64,000 nt of DNA, taken from the IMG/VR virus record IMGVR_UViG_3300035667_000058, positions 2,111-66,110 of that record. One strand, 5' to 3'. The position numbers and the translations under genes were made by a program. Numbering within the stretch: position 1 is the stretch's first letter; each line of letters starts with the position of its first letter. This document shows positions 9,951 to 21,772 of this stretch, piece by piece. The notes under the pieces are model-generated. The model saw only the letters and a list, made by a program, of their open reading frames with translations, was not told the origin of the DNA and made no database searches. The stretch comes from a virus. Its lineage: Duplodnaviria > Caudoviricetes.

Positions 9951-11033
9951 TCGATACGGTGAAATACGGCTTGCTCGAGCGTGTGCGCGAGACCGGCCAG
10001 TTTCAACGCCGGGTTGTTGTCGGCGTGCAGGTCGGGCGCTTTGCGATCCGTTGCACCGATCCCAATGAGCCGTGCATCTTGCCAGACGGCGCTAGTAGCA
10101 TATTGGGCAATCCGTACGCCCTCGACCACATGGCATCGGGCGCTGGGCTTGGCGACTTCGCGACGTGGGCCGATGCGGTGGCGATCGCAGACGACGTGTC
10201 GCGGTTCAGTGAGCGCGACCCCGACGGTACAACGCCGACCGAGCTGATCGAGCAATTGGGGCCAGTGATGTTTTACGTGGCTGCAGCACTGCGCGCGAGT
10301 GCCGGTGCAGATTCCGTTTCGCACATGGCTGCGGGAGCGCGGGCAATGAAGCCATGCCCCGAGAACTACGGCACGCACGTTGTGACGGCGGGCGAGCAGC
10401 ATTGCCAGCACTGCGGCCAGAAGGTGCTCCGCGTGCACAACGTGACCACAATGATCGGCACCGCACTCGGGACGTGCGGCAAGCACGGGACCTACGAGTT
10501 CAAGAGCAGCGCCACAGCCTGCCCGATGTGTGCGCTTGAGCAGCGTGTGCCGTTGGGCGAGGTGCTCAGCCAACAACACGAAGTCCGCGCGCAGCTGTGG
10601 GCGCAAACGTACGTCACCATCATGGCAACGCTCGTCAACACGTGCGTTGACACCGACACGTCCGCAAGAGTCAGGCGGACAGCGATCGGGGTTGCCGCCT
10701 ATGCCGTTGCCGACTTCGACGAGCACTACCGGGAGCCAAGCACGTGAACTACGCCAACCTCACCGTGCAGCGCCCGGATTTGTGCAAGGGCTGTCTTGCG
10801 GGCACACCTTGCACGCGTGTGGCGAGCCGAGGCATCAGCTGCATGGACGCGCGCAATTTGTATGACGCGGGCTTTCATTCGGGGCTGACCAAGATTCAAA
10901 ACGCGCTTGCGGCAGCGCGCGCGCAGAAGTCCGAGCGCATTCCAGCGCCGCCGCGCCGTAGGCCACGGCGACGCATTCCGAGCACCACCATCATCCGCGC
11001 GCAACTCGACCCCGAACCCGAAGAGACATAAGA

Positions 11034-11477
11034 ATGACCAAGGTATGCCTGATTCTGACCGTGCTACTTGCAAGCAGTTGCGCCACCACCCAGAGCGCGC
11101 ACCCCGTGACATGGCCCGCGATCGTGCAGTGCACGGCACCCGCGGAGGGCGTGCTCTTGGACAAGGTGGTGGCCATCCTGCTCGGCGAGGGTGGCGATGC
11201 GCAGGTGATCGGCGAATCGGCGTTCAGCCAACTCGAAACCATCGCGCAGGACAAGGGCCCCGAGGCTGTGCTGTGCATGGTCAACCTCGCGGTGGCGAGT
11301 CTTACGCCTGCAAGCGTGAGCACCAATGCGCTGACCAGCGACGGCAGTCCAGCGGCAGCGGGTGAGCCCAAGTTGACCGAGCACGCGGCGGGCAAAGAGC
11401 TCGCGAGCTTGGCAGCGGCGCAGCGTGGCCGGGACTTTCTGCGGCGGGCGGGGACCACCGTCGAGACCGAGGAGTAG
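11034..11477 (+). CDS. Putative lipoprotein
   Basis: MTKVCLILTVLLASSC signal with lipobox-like Cys. Confidence 0.55.
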   Translation: MTKVCLILTVLLASSCATTQSAHPVTWPAIVQCTAPAEGVLLDKVVAILLGEGGDAQVIGESAFSQLETIAQDKGPEAVLCMVNLAVASLTPASVSTNALTSDGSPAAAGEPKLTEHAAGKELASLAAAQRGRDFLRRAGTTVETEE

Positions 11478-11731
11478 GGGGCTATGCCGACCCTCGAAGA
11501 GCAGCACGTTCGCGAAGAGCTGCACGCTCTAGAGCAGCTTAGGGAGTATTGCCACCGCACCCGACTCGGCATGAGCGAGCAGAGCGCGGTGAAGCTCTTG
11601 CGCGCCGAGGTCTGGGCCAAGGTGTACGCTGCCGAGTTCGTGCGCGATGAGGCCACCGGCCCCGTCAACGCAAGCGCGGTCGCAGACAGGGCAGCCGCGG
11701 ACTTCGACAACTACTGCCAGAGCCAAGGGCT

Positions 11732-12130
11732 ATGAGAACCGGGCGCACACTTGACATGCGGAGGGCACGAAGCGTTGGCCTGGAGCCCTATCCGGACACG
11801 TTGCACCGGCCCACGTTGCGCGGAGATTGTCTACCAGGCGGCTTCAACGAACAGCGCCCGTGCCCATTTGTGTCGTGTCGGTATCACCTGTACCTAGAAG
11901 CGAAGAGCAACGGCAATATCCGGCTCAATGCGCCGGGTCTCGAAGTCGAGGAGCTACAGCACAGCTGCGCGCTTGACGTTGCGGACGACGGCTGCGTGAC
12001 GCTTGACGACATCGGCAAGCTTTTGCACGTGAGCCGCGAGCGCAGCCGGCAAATCTCGGACGACAGCATAGACAAGATCAGGCAGAGCGGGGCCGCGTGC
12101 GCTCTCCTACAAGCGAGCAGGTGCCTATGA
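11732..12130 (+). CDS. Cys-rich sigma-70 region-4-like DNA-binding protein
   Basis: RPCPFVSCRYHLYL...SCALDVA..VTLDDIGKLLHVSRERSRQI. Confidence 0.7.
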   Translation: MRTGRTLDMRRARSVGLEPYPDTLHRPTLRGDCLPGGFNEQRPCPFVSCRYHLYLEAKSNGNIRLNAPGLEVEELQHSCALDVADDGCVTLDDIGKLLHVSRERSRQISDDSIDKIRQSGAACALLQASRCL

Positions 12131-13745
12131 GAAAGCACGGCCGAGCCCGTCGCAAGGTGTTCCCCGAGTGCGGGCATCGCGGCTGGGGCAAGCACTGCCA
12201 CCGCTGCGCGCAAGCGACGCTGTTTGAGGCGGGCGTGGCGCTGCGTGTCGACGGGCGCGTGGTGTCGGTCGACGCCATCAAAGCCGAGGCGGCGCGGTTG
12301 CGCACGGGTGGCGTACCCGTGCCGTGGTTCGTGCAGCACCAGCACCGCGTGGTGGAGCAAAGCGCATGACCGAGCCGAGCAAAGAAGCGCAGGAGCTCGC
12401 GCGCTCTCTTACGGGGACTTCGGCGCGAACCATGGCCGACGCGCTGCAGCAGCTCATGGACGAGCGGGACACTGCGCGAGACGATGCGCTGTCATCGACC
12501 GCCGCTGCGGCCCGCGAGTCTGGGCGCGCCGAGAAGGCGGAAGAGAAGTACGCGGCGGCCATCGAGTGGAACGCGCACCTGAACGCGCGCGCGGATGCGA
12601 ACATGCAACGCGCCGAGGCGGCCGAGGCCAAGCGGCACGAACTCGAGACGCGGGCTGCGGGGGCGGAAGATAAGCTCTCCATGTTCGCGCGGAAGGTGCG
12701 CGAGTGGTACCACAGCATCCCATTTGACGGCTCACCGGGCTTCGCTCACCTGGCCGCTATCCTCGCCGAGTTCGGGGGCGGCGAGATGGCGCGCAGCTGC
12801 GTCACCGTGTCGTTTGAGGGCCGCGACGGCGGGTTCGTGAGCAACGACTACCTGCACTCGCTGGCTGTTGGGCTGGGCGCGAATGCCAAGCCGCTGACCG
12901 AGCTTCGCAAGCTCAAGCATGGCAGTCCGCAGTGTGACCAGGGGTGCGAACTGGGGTGCCGTTACAATCCGGAGGCAACGCCATGAGCGCCCAGCCCGCA
13001 AACGCTGCGCGCGAATGGCTCGCGAAGGTCCGCACCCAAGGCCAGCAGCACTGCTTTGCGCTCAAGAGCGCGCAATCGGTGTGCGGCGGCGCCCAGCGCA
13101 CAGACGGCCGCTGGGAAGTGCGCCCCGAGCGCCCGCGGTGCCTGCAATGCGTGCAGCGGCTACGCGAACCTGAGCGCGAGCCATTGACCGACAGTACGGG
13201 GTGCGACGTATGACCGAACTCGGCGCGCTCACCGCAGATGAACTCGAGCTGATGCTGGGCATCCTGCACGCCGTCGAGAACGGCGACAAGGTCATGCTGG
13301 TTGCGAATCAAAAGCGCGCGCTGCAGGTCCTCGCGGCCAAGATCGAGCATGCGCGCAGAGAGGCGGCCAAGCGTGACTAAGCCCAGCTACACCGATGCGG
13401 ATTTGGAGCGGGCGAAACGATTGTGCGGCGAGCACCGCGGCGGGCGCTGGCCAAGCTCGGCAGATGTGGCGACTGAGTTCGCCGACATACGCAACGAGAC
13501 GATTGAGCGCTGCGCGCGCGCGTTCGAGGGCGACGACGCTGTGCAAGGCGACATTCTGCCGCGGGATGCTGCCGAGATCATCCGCGAGCTCAAGGACACG
13601 CCATGATCGGGCGCCTCATCTGCTGGCTTCGCAATCACCACCACTTTGGGCCCATCACCCAGTTGTACATCTGCGACCGCTGGCATACGGGCCGCGTCTG
13701 CCGGACGTGCAAGCGCGTGCATAGCTGGCCGCTCGAGGCTTCGCC

Positions 13746-13997
13746 ATGAAGGCCCCGCCGACCGTGCTGTGCACGCGCTGCCGCGGCACCGGGTATTGCC
13801 CGTTACCACCGCGCGCCCTCGAGACGCTCGCCGCGGTGCCAGCCAAGGGCTCGCGCAGCACGGTGTGGATCGCGGAGACGCTCGGTATCCGGCACACCGC
13901 GGTGTGCCGACGGCTCGGGTGGCTTGAGGAGCGCGGCTTCATCAAGCGCGCAGGCGCGGGGCGCAGGTACGATGTTTGTTTGTGGAGGCGGGCATGA
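13746..13997 (+). CDS. Small Zn-finger plus winged-helix protein
   Basis: CTRCRGTG then IAETLGI...RRLGWLEERGFIKR. Confidence 0.55.
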   Translation: MKAPPTVLCTRCRGTGYCPLPPRALETLAAVPAKGSRSTVWIAETLGIRHTAVCRRLGWLEERGFIKRAGAGRRYDVCLWRRA

Positions 13998-14396
13998 TCG
14001 AGGAGCTCAAGCCCATGCACGCCCGCCCGCTCACCCGCGGCACGTGGCTCATCAGCATCGGTGAAAGCCGGGTGCTGTGCCTGGCATTCCGGCGACGACG
14101 TTACTACGTGACCATCTGGCCGCCCAAGCTGTGGCACCGGCGATGGAGGGCGCCATGACGGCCCCGCCCGTCTGGCTCGCACGCCCCGACGTGGGCATGG
14201 CGCACGCGTTCAGGCTCAACAAGCTTGCGGCGCGCCCCGACATCGTCATGATCAGAAGCGTCTGCGGCAACGTGCGCCGCGAGCCGGGCCTGCCATGGGA
14301 GCCAGCGGCGGCCGGTAGGTCGCGCTGCTTTCCATGCACGCGCGCCGAGATCAAGCGCGAGCGGGCAACGCGGGAGACCAAACGGCCATGACGTAC

Positions 14397-14481
14397 GGGG
14401 CGATAGACCGCTATGGAGACGGGGCAGGCTGTAGACCTGTCGTCGCGAGACCCTTGGGGTTCGATTCCCTGGCGCCCCACC
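14397..14481 (+). tRNA. tRNA-Tyr(GUA), atypical
   Basis: GGGGCG/CGCCCC acceptor with A73-CC; anticodon arm GCAGG-CTGTAGA-CCTGT; long variable arm GTC-GCGA-GAC; TTCGATT T loop. Confidence 0.75.
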
Positions 14482-14787
14482 GGAAGACGCGGCGGCCATG
14501 ACGATCGCGCTAAGGCTGATGCAATTCGACCAGGCGCTTACCGCCGTCCTGTGGCTCGGCATACTGATCGGCTGGTTGATGGCGGGGGCGTTCCTGCTCG
14601 GGCGCATTGTCGCCTTCGGCATCGCCACACGCGGCATCAAGCCCGCGACCGACAGCGCCTATCTGCGTGGCCGGATGGCATTCGCGCACGACGTGTTCAT
14701 GCTGGTCGCGACCAAGGCCGATCGCGAACTGGTGAAAGAGCTCTCTGCGGCGTGCTGCGCCGAACTCGACCTGACACGGGTGCAACC

Positions 14788-15519
14788 TTGACGCTGACCA
14801 TTGGCTCTGTGTGCAGTGGCGTTGGCGGGCTTGAGCTTGGGCTTGAGCGCGCTGGACTGGGCCCAGTGGTTTGGCAAATCGAGCACGACCAAGCGGCGCG
14901 TCTTGTGCTGCAGCACCACTGGCCCGAGGTGAAGCGGTATGAGTACGTCGAACGCGCCGGCCGAACAAACCTGGCTCCTGTTGAACTCGTGTGCGGCGGA
15001 TTCCCGTGCCAGGATGTCTCATCTGCCGGCGCACGAGCTGGCCTTGCTGGTGCTCAAAGCGGCTTGTGGTGTGAGTTCAAGCGCATTATCGCCGAGCTGC
15101 GGCCAGCGTGGGTCGTTGTCGAAAACGTCGCCAGCGGTGCGCATCTATGGGTTGACGCGGTCGCTCGGGACTTGGAAGAGCTCGGGTATGCGTGCCTACC
15201 GATCCCGCTTGCGGCAAGCGATGTCGGAGCACCGCATCGCCGACCACGCGTTTTCATCATCGGGGCTGCTCCCCACGCTCACGCGCAAGGGCAACCACGC
15301 CAAGCACCCATTGCGGGGTGGGACGCCGACGGGCGGCGATGGACTGGCGACGGCGCTGCAGGTCACTGGGCCCATGAGCCCGCGTTGGCTCGAGTGGTTC
15401 ATGGGCTTTCCGGACGGGTGGACCGAGAGCGCTTCTTGGCAAATGCCGTCGTGCCCCAGTGCGCCGAAGTCGTCGGGTGGGTGATCCGCGAACTGTGCGC
15501 GGCGGAGGCGGCAGCATGA
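14788..15519 (+). CDS. DNA (cytosine-5) methyltransferase, main polypeptide
   Basis: CSGVGG (I), GGFPCQD (IV), VENV (VI), PHRRPRVF (VIII), ANAVVP (X); TTG start overlaps upstream TGA. Confidence 0.9.
   Translation: MTLTIGSVCSGVGGLELGLERAGLGPVVWQIEHDQAARLVLQHHWPEVKRYEYVERAGRTNLAPVELVCGGFPCQDVSSAGARAGLAGAQSGLWCEFKRIIAELRPAWVVVENVASGAHLWVDAVARDLEELGYACLPIPLAASDVGAPHRRPRVFIIGAAPHAHAQGQPRQAPIAGWDADGRRWTGDGAAGHWAHEPALARVVHGLSGRVDRERFLANAVVPQCAEVVGWVIRELCAAEAAA
14939..15484 (+). CDS. Overlapping-frame second subunit of the C5 methyltransferase (TRD/motif IX)
   Basis: Nested ORF with LLPTLT and MSPRWLEWFMGFPDGWT, the segment missing from the main frame; true start uncertain. Confidence 0.65.
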   Translation: MSTSNAPAEQTWLLLNSCAADSRARMSHLPAHELALLVLKAACGVSSSALSPSCGQRGSLSKTSPAVRIYGLTRSLGTWKSSGMRAYRSRLRQAMSEHRIADHAFSSSGLLPTLTRKGNHAKHPLRGGTPTGGDGLATALQVTGPMSPRWLEWFMGFPDGWTESASWQMPSCPSAPKSSGG

Positions 15520-15986
15520 CAGCCCTCTCGCTACGGCCCATGACCCGCGACGACGCCAACGTGCTCGTGCGCCAGTGGCACTCGCACCACAAGCCCGTTG
15601 TCGGGCACTGCTACGCGATCGGCTGCTACCGCGACAGCGAACCATGCGGCGCCGTGATCGTCGGTCGTCCCGTCGCGCCAGCGCTGCAAGACGGGCTGAC
15701 GTTTGAAGTCACGCGCTTGGTCACCGACCGCACGCCACACGCGGCATCCAAGCTACTCGGCGCGGCATGGCGCGCAGCCCGAGCCATGGGGTGCAAGCGC
15801 ATGATCAGCTACGTGCGCGCGGATGAAGCAGGCGCTTGCTATCTCGCTGCGGGATGGCGGCCAGTCGCGAGCGTGCGCGGGGAAGCATGGACGCACGGCA
15901 ACAAAGCCGCGCGCTGGCTGCCGGGCCTGTACGAGCCCAGTAGCGAGATTGTCGACCGGGTGCGATGGGAGGTTGCAGCCGCATGA
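15516..15986 (+). CDS. XF1762-family, Mom-like GNAT putative DNA modification protein
   Basis: ANVLVRQWHSHHKP, VGRPVA, EVTRLVTD, ASKLLGAAWRAARAMG, ISY...GACYLAAGW. Confidence 0.75.
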   Translation: MTALSLRPMTRDDANVLVRQWHSHHKPVVGHCYAIGCYRDSEPCGAVIVGRPVAPALQDGLTFEVTRLVTDRTPHAASKLLGAAWRAARAMGCKRMISYVRADEAGACYLAAGWRPVASVRGEAWTHGNKAARWLPGLYEPSSEIVDRVRWEVAAA

Positions 15987-16394
15987 TCAACGACACCTGC
16001 ACCAACTGCGACGGCCTGCTCAACGAGCGCTTGCGCCCCGGCCTCGGCATTGATTGGCAATGCGCCTGGTGCGGGCAAGCCGGCACGCACTTTCGTAACG
16101 GCCAGCGCACCGCGCGACTGGTCACCGTCAAGGGCGACCCCGCGCGATATGCCAAGTGGGTGGCTGCCGAGAGCATGCCGTATGCAGAGCGTGTTGCGAG
16201 GGTGGCATGAACGGCGTGCTCATAGCTGTGATGGCGGTGGTCGGCGTTGTCTTTCTACTCGACATGGGGATGCACCTCGGCGAGTGGGCCGACGCCCGCC
16301 GATGCCGTGAGGTGTGCCGCGAGAAGCACCACGCGTTTTCAACGTGGGACTTCATGCAAGGCTGCCGCTGCGCGACGCCGACATGGGTGAAGCC

Positions 16395-16889
16395 ATGACG
16401 CACGCCGATCTTGTGGCCCGCGCTGCGCGCTGGCTTGCCAACACGCGGCGTTGCTCCGTGGTCGCGACCGAGCGCAACGCATGGGGCGCCGGCGAAGCGC
16501 CCGATGCGATCGGCTGGACCTGCTACGGGCACTCGGTGCTGGTCGAGTGCAAGACCACGGTCGCCGACTTCTACAGCGACCAACGCAAGCCGGGCCGTCG
16601 CGCTGGCTCACTCGGGATGGGACGCGAGCGGTTCTATCTGACGCCGGAGGGGCTGCTCGCGGGCAAGTACCTGCCTGATGGGTGGGGCTTGCTCGAGCTG
16701 CGCGGGCGCTCGGTCCGCGTGATTGCGCACGCGGCCGTGCGTGTCGACCCGCACGCGACCTGCCGCGAGGCGCCGCTGCTCGTTGCCATCGTGCGCCGCG
16801 GACTCGACGGCAGGTTCCCGGGGCTACTGGCCGGCGCACGCGCACTGCCCGATGCCGGGTGCGTTGTCACGGGGAGGACGGGAGCATGA
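16395..16889 (+). CDS. MmcB-like PD-(D/E)xK protein
   Basis: PDAIGW, LVECKTTVADF..D..K, RFYLTPEG, GWGLLE. Confidence 0.6.
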   Translation: MTHADLVARAARWLANTRRCSVVATERNAWGAGEAPDAIGWTCYGHSVLVECKTTVADFYSDQRKPGRRAGSLGMGRERFYLTPEGLLAGKYLPDGWGLLELRGRSVRVIAHAAVRVDPHATCREAPLLVAIVRRGLDGRFPGLLAGARALPDAGCVVTGRTGA

Positions 16890-19800
16890 GCACCAACGCG
16901 GTCGGTTATGGCCCGTGTCCCCGCTGCGGCAAGAACGTAGCGCAGGGCGCGGCCGGGCACACGCTTCGCGAGCGTTCACCTACGGGCAACACAGTCTGCG
17001 GCGCGTGCGCTTACAAGGGACCGACCAGCGAATGGCCACGCGAAGCGTATGCGTTCGCGGTGGTGCTCGACTACAAGCCACGCGCAGCAACGGACATCAT
17101 CTTCGACCCGCCGAAGTTCCCGGAGACCCGGTCGCAGGCGGACGACCACCTCGACGAAGACGCGCGGCTCTTGCTGTCGGAGCTCGACGGTCACCACGCG
17201 ACCGACATGCGCACGGTGCGCGACTGGCTGACGAAGGTTCGCGACGCCGAGCGTGAGCGTTGCGCCCGGATCGCCGACAACGAGTGGCGATACAAGCAAA
17301 TCGCCAAGCGCATCCGCAGCGGGGTGACAACATGACCGTCTGCACGCACGGCCGCGAGTTCATGACCGCGGGCGGCTGCCTGAAGTGCCGCGAGCAGGCG
17401 CGCGCTACCGAGACGAGCCCGTCGGCCGATATCGATCTCGTGCTGGCGTTCCCTCGGCCAACGTGTAAGGCGGACCTGTTGCCGCTCGTCGCTAGCGTTC
17501 GGACTGCGGCGACGCTGGCAGAGCGCGAGCGTTGCGCGGCATTCGTAGATGGGTGGGCACACAAGGCGGGACGCACCACGTTCCAAGGCAATGTGTACGC
17601 CGAACTCGCACGGCGTTTGCGCAGCGGGGCAGAGACATGACGCGCCCAGCACAGTGCGCGTTCTGCTCGGGCGAGCAGCCCGGCCTAAAAGAGTGCCAAG
17701 TTTCCTACCAGGTGGAGTGTTCCGAGTGGGCGGAGGCGTACGACGAAGGCGTTGCCGATGAGCGCGAGCGCCATTCGATGCCGGTGGAGCACTTCGATGT
17801 ACTGCTTGAGCTGTATCCGATCACGCTCGGCAACCATGGTCGGTGCGCTGTGCTCGATGCGATCCGGCATCAAATGCTTGTGCTCGCGGTGTGCCGCGGC
17901 GACGTCAACGTGCCCTTGCTTGATGGGGTCTATGCCCGCGATGCCGAAGACGACACCGAGGCCCCGCCATGAGGTACACCGCCGAGCACCTGGCCGCTGC
18001 GCACAAGCTCGACCTGCACCTGGGGAGCAAAGCTACCGAGCGCATCGCGCAAGCGCTGGCCGACCATGAAATGCGCGGCGAAGTGCGGGGCCGCGGGTCG
18101 ATGAGCGCAGACATCGAAGATGCGTTGCGACAAACGATGGCGTTTGCACTTGGCGATAAAGCCATCGTGCAGCTGGTTGAGTGGCTACAGACGAACCGCA
18201 CACCAAGGGGCAAGAGCGCATGACACACATCGAAACCGTGATCGGGGTAGGGCTGTTTATATATCTGGGCTTGGTCGCGCAAGGTTGGATCGCAAAGATC
18301 GCCGACGGGCCAGCAACGCGGGTGCAGACGACGGCGCGCATCGTGGGCGGGCTGCTGACGGTGCTCGCGCTGGTGCTCGTGCTGCTGAGCCTTGGTGCGG
18401 GACTGCGATGACCCGTCTTTGGCCAACGCTTTCCTGGCATGTCGCAGCGACAGACGGCAACGCAGCGCCGGCCGTGAAGCTAGAGACGGCGATCGCGGAG
18501 CGTGACGAAGCCAGGTTGCGTATCAACCTCATCGTGATCGCCTTGAACGAGGAGCCGGTGTACCCAGTCCCCGAGCGCCACGCCAACCTCGTGCGCGCAG
18601 TCATCGACGCGCTGCAGCCAGTGCGCGAGCTGCTCAAATGATCCTGCCGTTCCTCACCAGCGCGATCGACCTACTCATGGGGACGATCCTCAAGGCATCG
18701 GCCACCAAGCGCTTGCAGCGAGCGGCCAAGAGCACCGAGCCACTGCAGCCGCCACCGCCGATCGGGATGGGCACCACGGCCGCGTACATGCAGGGGCGCA
18801 CCGACGAGCAGATCAAGGGGCAGACGCAAGAGCACACGGAACAGATGACGGGCGACGCGCGCGACAAGCTGGGCGCGCCGCCAAAGGAGCCAGGGGCATG
18901 ACTGACAAAGACTACCAACCGATCGAACTGGGCCGGCGCGTGAGTGACTGCATCACGGGCTTCACCGGCATCGCCACCATGCGCACCGAGACCCTACACG
19001 GGCCCATCATGGTGACCGTGGAAGCTGAAGGGGTCGATGAGCGTGGAACCATTGCCGAGAGCTTCGTAGACAAGCGCCTCGCGTACGTGAGTGACCATGC
19101 TTAGGTGGCAATGCATGCAATGCGCGGGCATCACCGAGCACGAACTCGTGGAGGTAGGCGCCCGCGAGGGCCGAGTCGGCACGCGCTACAGGTGCAGTGA
19201 GTGCGGCACAGCGAGCGAGGACCGCATCGGGCATGCCGAGCCATTCGACATCGCTGAGCGCGACACCAAGCCCGATTTGGAGCGACGCAAGTCATGAGCA
19301 GCGCGCAACTCACAGCATGGTTGCTGTCTGCGGTCGCCGTCGGCACGTTCATTCGCACTGCACTGCATGCGGCCATCCCTGTGATTCGAGCGTACGTAGA
19401 CGCGACGGCCACCAAGAAAGATGACGAGTGGCTGCAGAAGTGGCTGCCGCGCTACGACGCCGCAATCGGCATGTTCGACGTGATGCGGCGGTACGTGCCC
19501 GGCATGGTGGTCGGACCGTTGTTCGCCAACCAACCCAAGGCGACCATCATCGGCCGGCCGACCTTGCCGAGCATCAAGCCCTTGAGCATGCCGCCACCCA
19601 TGCCAGTCGCGGTGGCGGGTCGGCTCATCATGCCACCACCACCACCGCCAATGGGGGGCGGCAAGCCGTGAGAGATGGCAACCAAATCTACTGCGGGGAG
19701 CAGCGGCCATGAGCCTCGACCCCGAGATTGCGAGCGAGCTCGACCGTCGCATGATGGCGGCCCTTGACAAGCAACTGCAGCAAGCCCGCGCGACCAACGC

Positions 19801-20514
19801 GCGGCTGCACCGCCGGTGCCAGCTCGCGGAGCAAGCCGCGCTGCAGAACCTCGAAGCGTGCCAGCGCGGAGGCGTGTCCGTGGGCGGCTCGCTCGCGTGG
19901 TTCGCTGCGCGCGCCTACGCGCGTCAGGCGGTGCTTGCGCGGGCATGGAAGCAACTAGCGAGGAAACAACGCGCAGCCGGTCGGGGGCATGACGCAGCGC
20001 ACGATATCGAACTCGACAAGCTCACCGGGCACTGTGATTGGGCGCTGGCGAACCTCGAGCGCGCCAACGCGCACGTGACCGACCTGCAAACGCGCGGCAC
20101 TGAACTGGTGCTCGAAAACCGCTTGCTCAAAGATCGCATGACCGAGGTCGGCCCCCGCCGCGAGCTGTGGGTCGGCTGCGGCGGGTGCAAAGCCAGAGCG
20201 CGGCACCCGAGCGAGATCAAACACAGGCCGGGCTGCACACCGATCAAGACCAACGGCAACGGAGCCACCACCACCACGAAAGGCGACTGAATATGGCAAC
20301 CAAGAACGATAGCAAGTGCCTACAGAACGCGGCCGACGACGAGCCGATCTTCGTGCTGCGTGCCAAAGATAAGCTCGCGCCGCTCATGGTGCGTAGCTGG
20401 GTGCACCTGGCAGCGGCCGAGGGCACTCCCAACGGCAAGATCGCGCAGGCTCTCGAAGTCGCTACGCAGATGGAAGCGTGGGGCCGAGAGCACGGCAGTA
20501 AGGTGCCCGACTGA
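16886..20514 (+). other. Chain of small hypothetical middle genes, some membrane-spanning
   Basis: Coupled ORFs at 16886, 17332, 17637, 17969, 18220, 18408, 18638, 18898, 19294, 19709, 20293 (last has DEPIFVLRAKD). Confidence 0.65.
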
Positions 20515-20909
20515 TGCTCACCCCGATCAAAGGGCCGAGTTGGGAGCGAGAGGCCACGCTGCGACGTGTGCTCGACGGCGACACGATGCAGCTCAACGTA
20601 GACGTTGGGTTCGACCATGACGCGCACCCGAAGTTCCGTTTGTACATGGTCAACGCGCCCGAGAAGACCGGCAAGACCAAGGCAGCGGGGCTCGCGGCGA
20701 TGGCGTTCGTAACGCAGTGGTTCGTGGGCAAGCCGCTGTTTCTGGTGCGCACTTTCAAAGCGGCACCCGAGCAAGAGAAGTACGGCAGATGGCTGGTCGA
20801 AGTCTGGAGCCTCGATGGCACCAGCTGCCTAAACAAAGAGTTGATCGCGAGCGGCCACGCCGTCCCGATGAACGCGGACGGCAGCATGCCGAAGGCCGCA
20901 CCACCATGA
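20514..20909 (+). CDS. Thermonuclease (SNase) family protein
   Basis: RRVLDGDT, VNAPE, EKYGRWL, LNKELIASGHA. Confidence 0.85.
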   Translation: MLTPIKGPSWEREATLRRVLDGDTMQLNVDVGFDHDAHPKFRLYMVNAPEKTGKTKAAGLAAMAFVTQWFVGKPLFLVRTFKAAPEQEKYGRWLVEVWSLDGTSCLNKELIASGHAVPMNADGSMPKAAPP

Positions 20910-21772
20910 CCGACTACGACGCCAGCAACCCCGCGGTCAACTACGCCCGGCATCGCGACACGGGCTTGTATGTCTTTGTGCACGCGGGCGAGGTGCCCGA
21001 AGTCGAGTGGTGCGCGCTACCATGGGTGTGGTTCAAAGAGCCCAGCGGCCGGCGCGAGTGTGCGCGCGCGTGGCTGATTGGTGAATCGAGCAACATGTAC
21101 TGCGAGCGTCACCAGCACGAGCCCAAGGTGTGCCCGTTTTGTAGAGGAGTTCCAAAAACGTGATGACGAAAGGACCTGAGCATGGCTGACATGGAGCTGA
21201 TAGCGAAGAACGCATATGCCGCCTACGGCGCTGTCACCGACCACAAAAACTACCAGGGCTTGCCGATGCCCGAGTGGGAGAATCTGACGCCGAAGATTCG
21301 CGAGGCGTGGGTCGCCGCGGCGGTCAACGTGTGGGACGCCGCAACCGCAACGCCGAAGGGAATCGAGTGACATGTCACTGCTCAACATCCTTGTCATCGC
21401 GTTCATCTTCTGTGTGCTCTTTGGCGCGTTTGGCCACGGCCGCTACGGCCCCGCGCCGAGTTGGTCGCCCGCGGGCATTGTCGTGGCTGTGCTGCTTGTC
21501 TTGTGACTGACCGGCAACCTGCACCGCTAAACACACATGACGCTCATCGCCCGATCACGCACCCCGAACCCGCGGACCCTGCGCACCGCGCTCTGCGTTG
21601 CGCTTGTGGCAGCGCTGGTCACGGCCGTTGGGAGCGCGGCGGCGCTCGGGCTTGGGCTTGAGATTGGCCGGCGGCTGTGCTTGCGGTTATGGCCCCGCTG
21701 GCCCGCGGCCGAGGTGTTCGGCGCTGCGACGGCCGATGACTTGGCCGCGCAGTGGGCAGGCGAGGGCGAGTC

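Larger units (their letters stand above)
9947..14391 (+). other. Chain of small, translationally coupled middle genes, mostly hypothetical, several Cys-rich
   Basis: Successive ATGA/GTGA overlaps (e.g. 10744, 11732, 12366, 12983, 13210, 13603, 13994, 14155). Confidence 0.7.
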
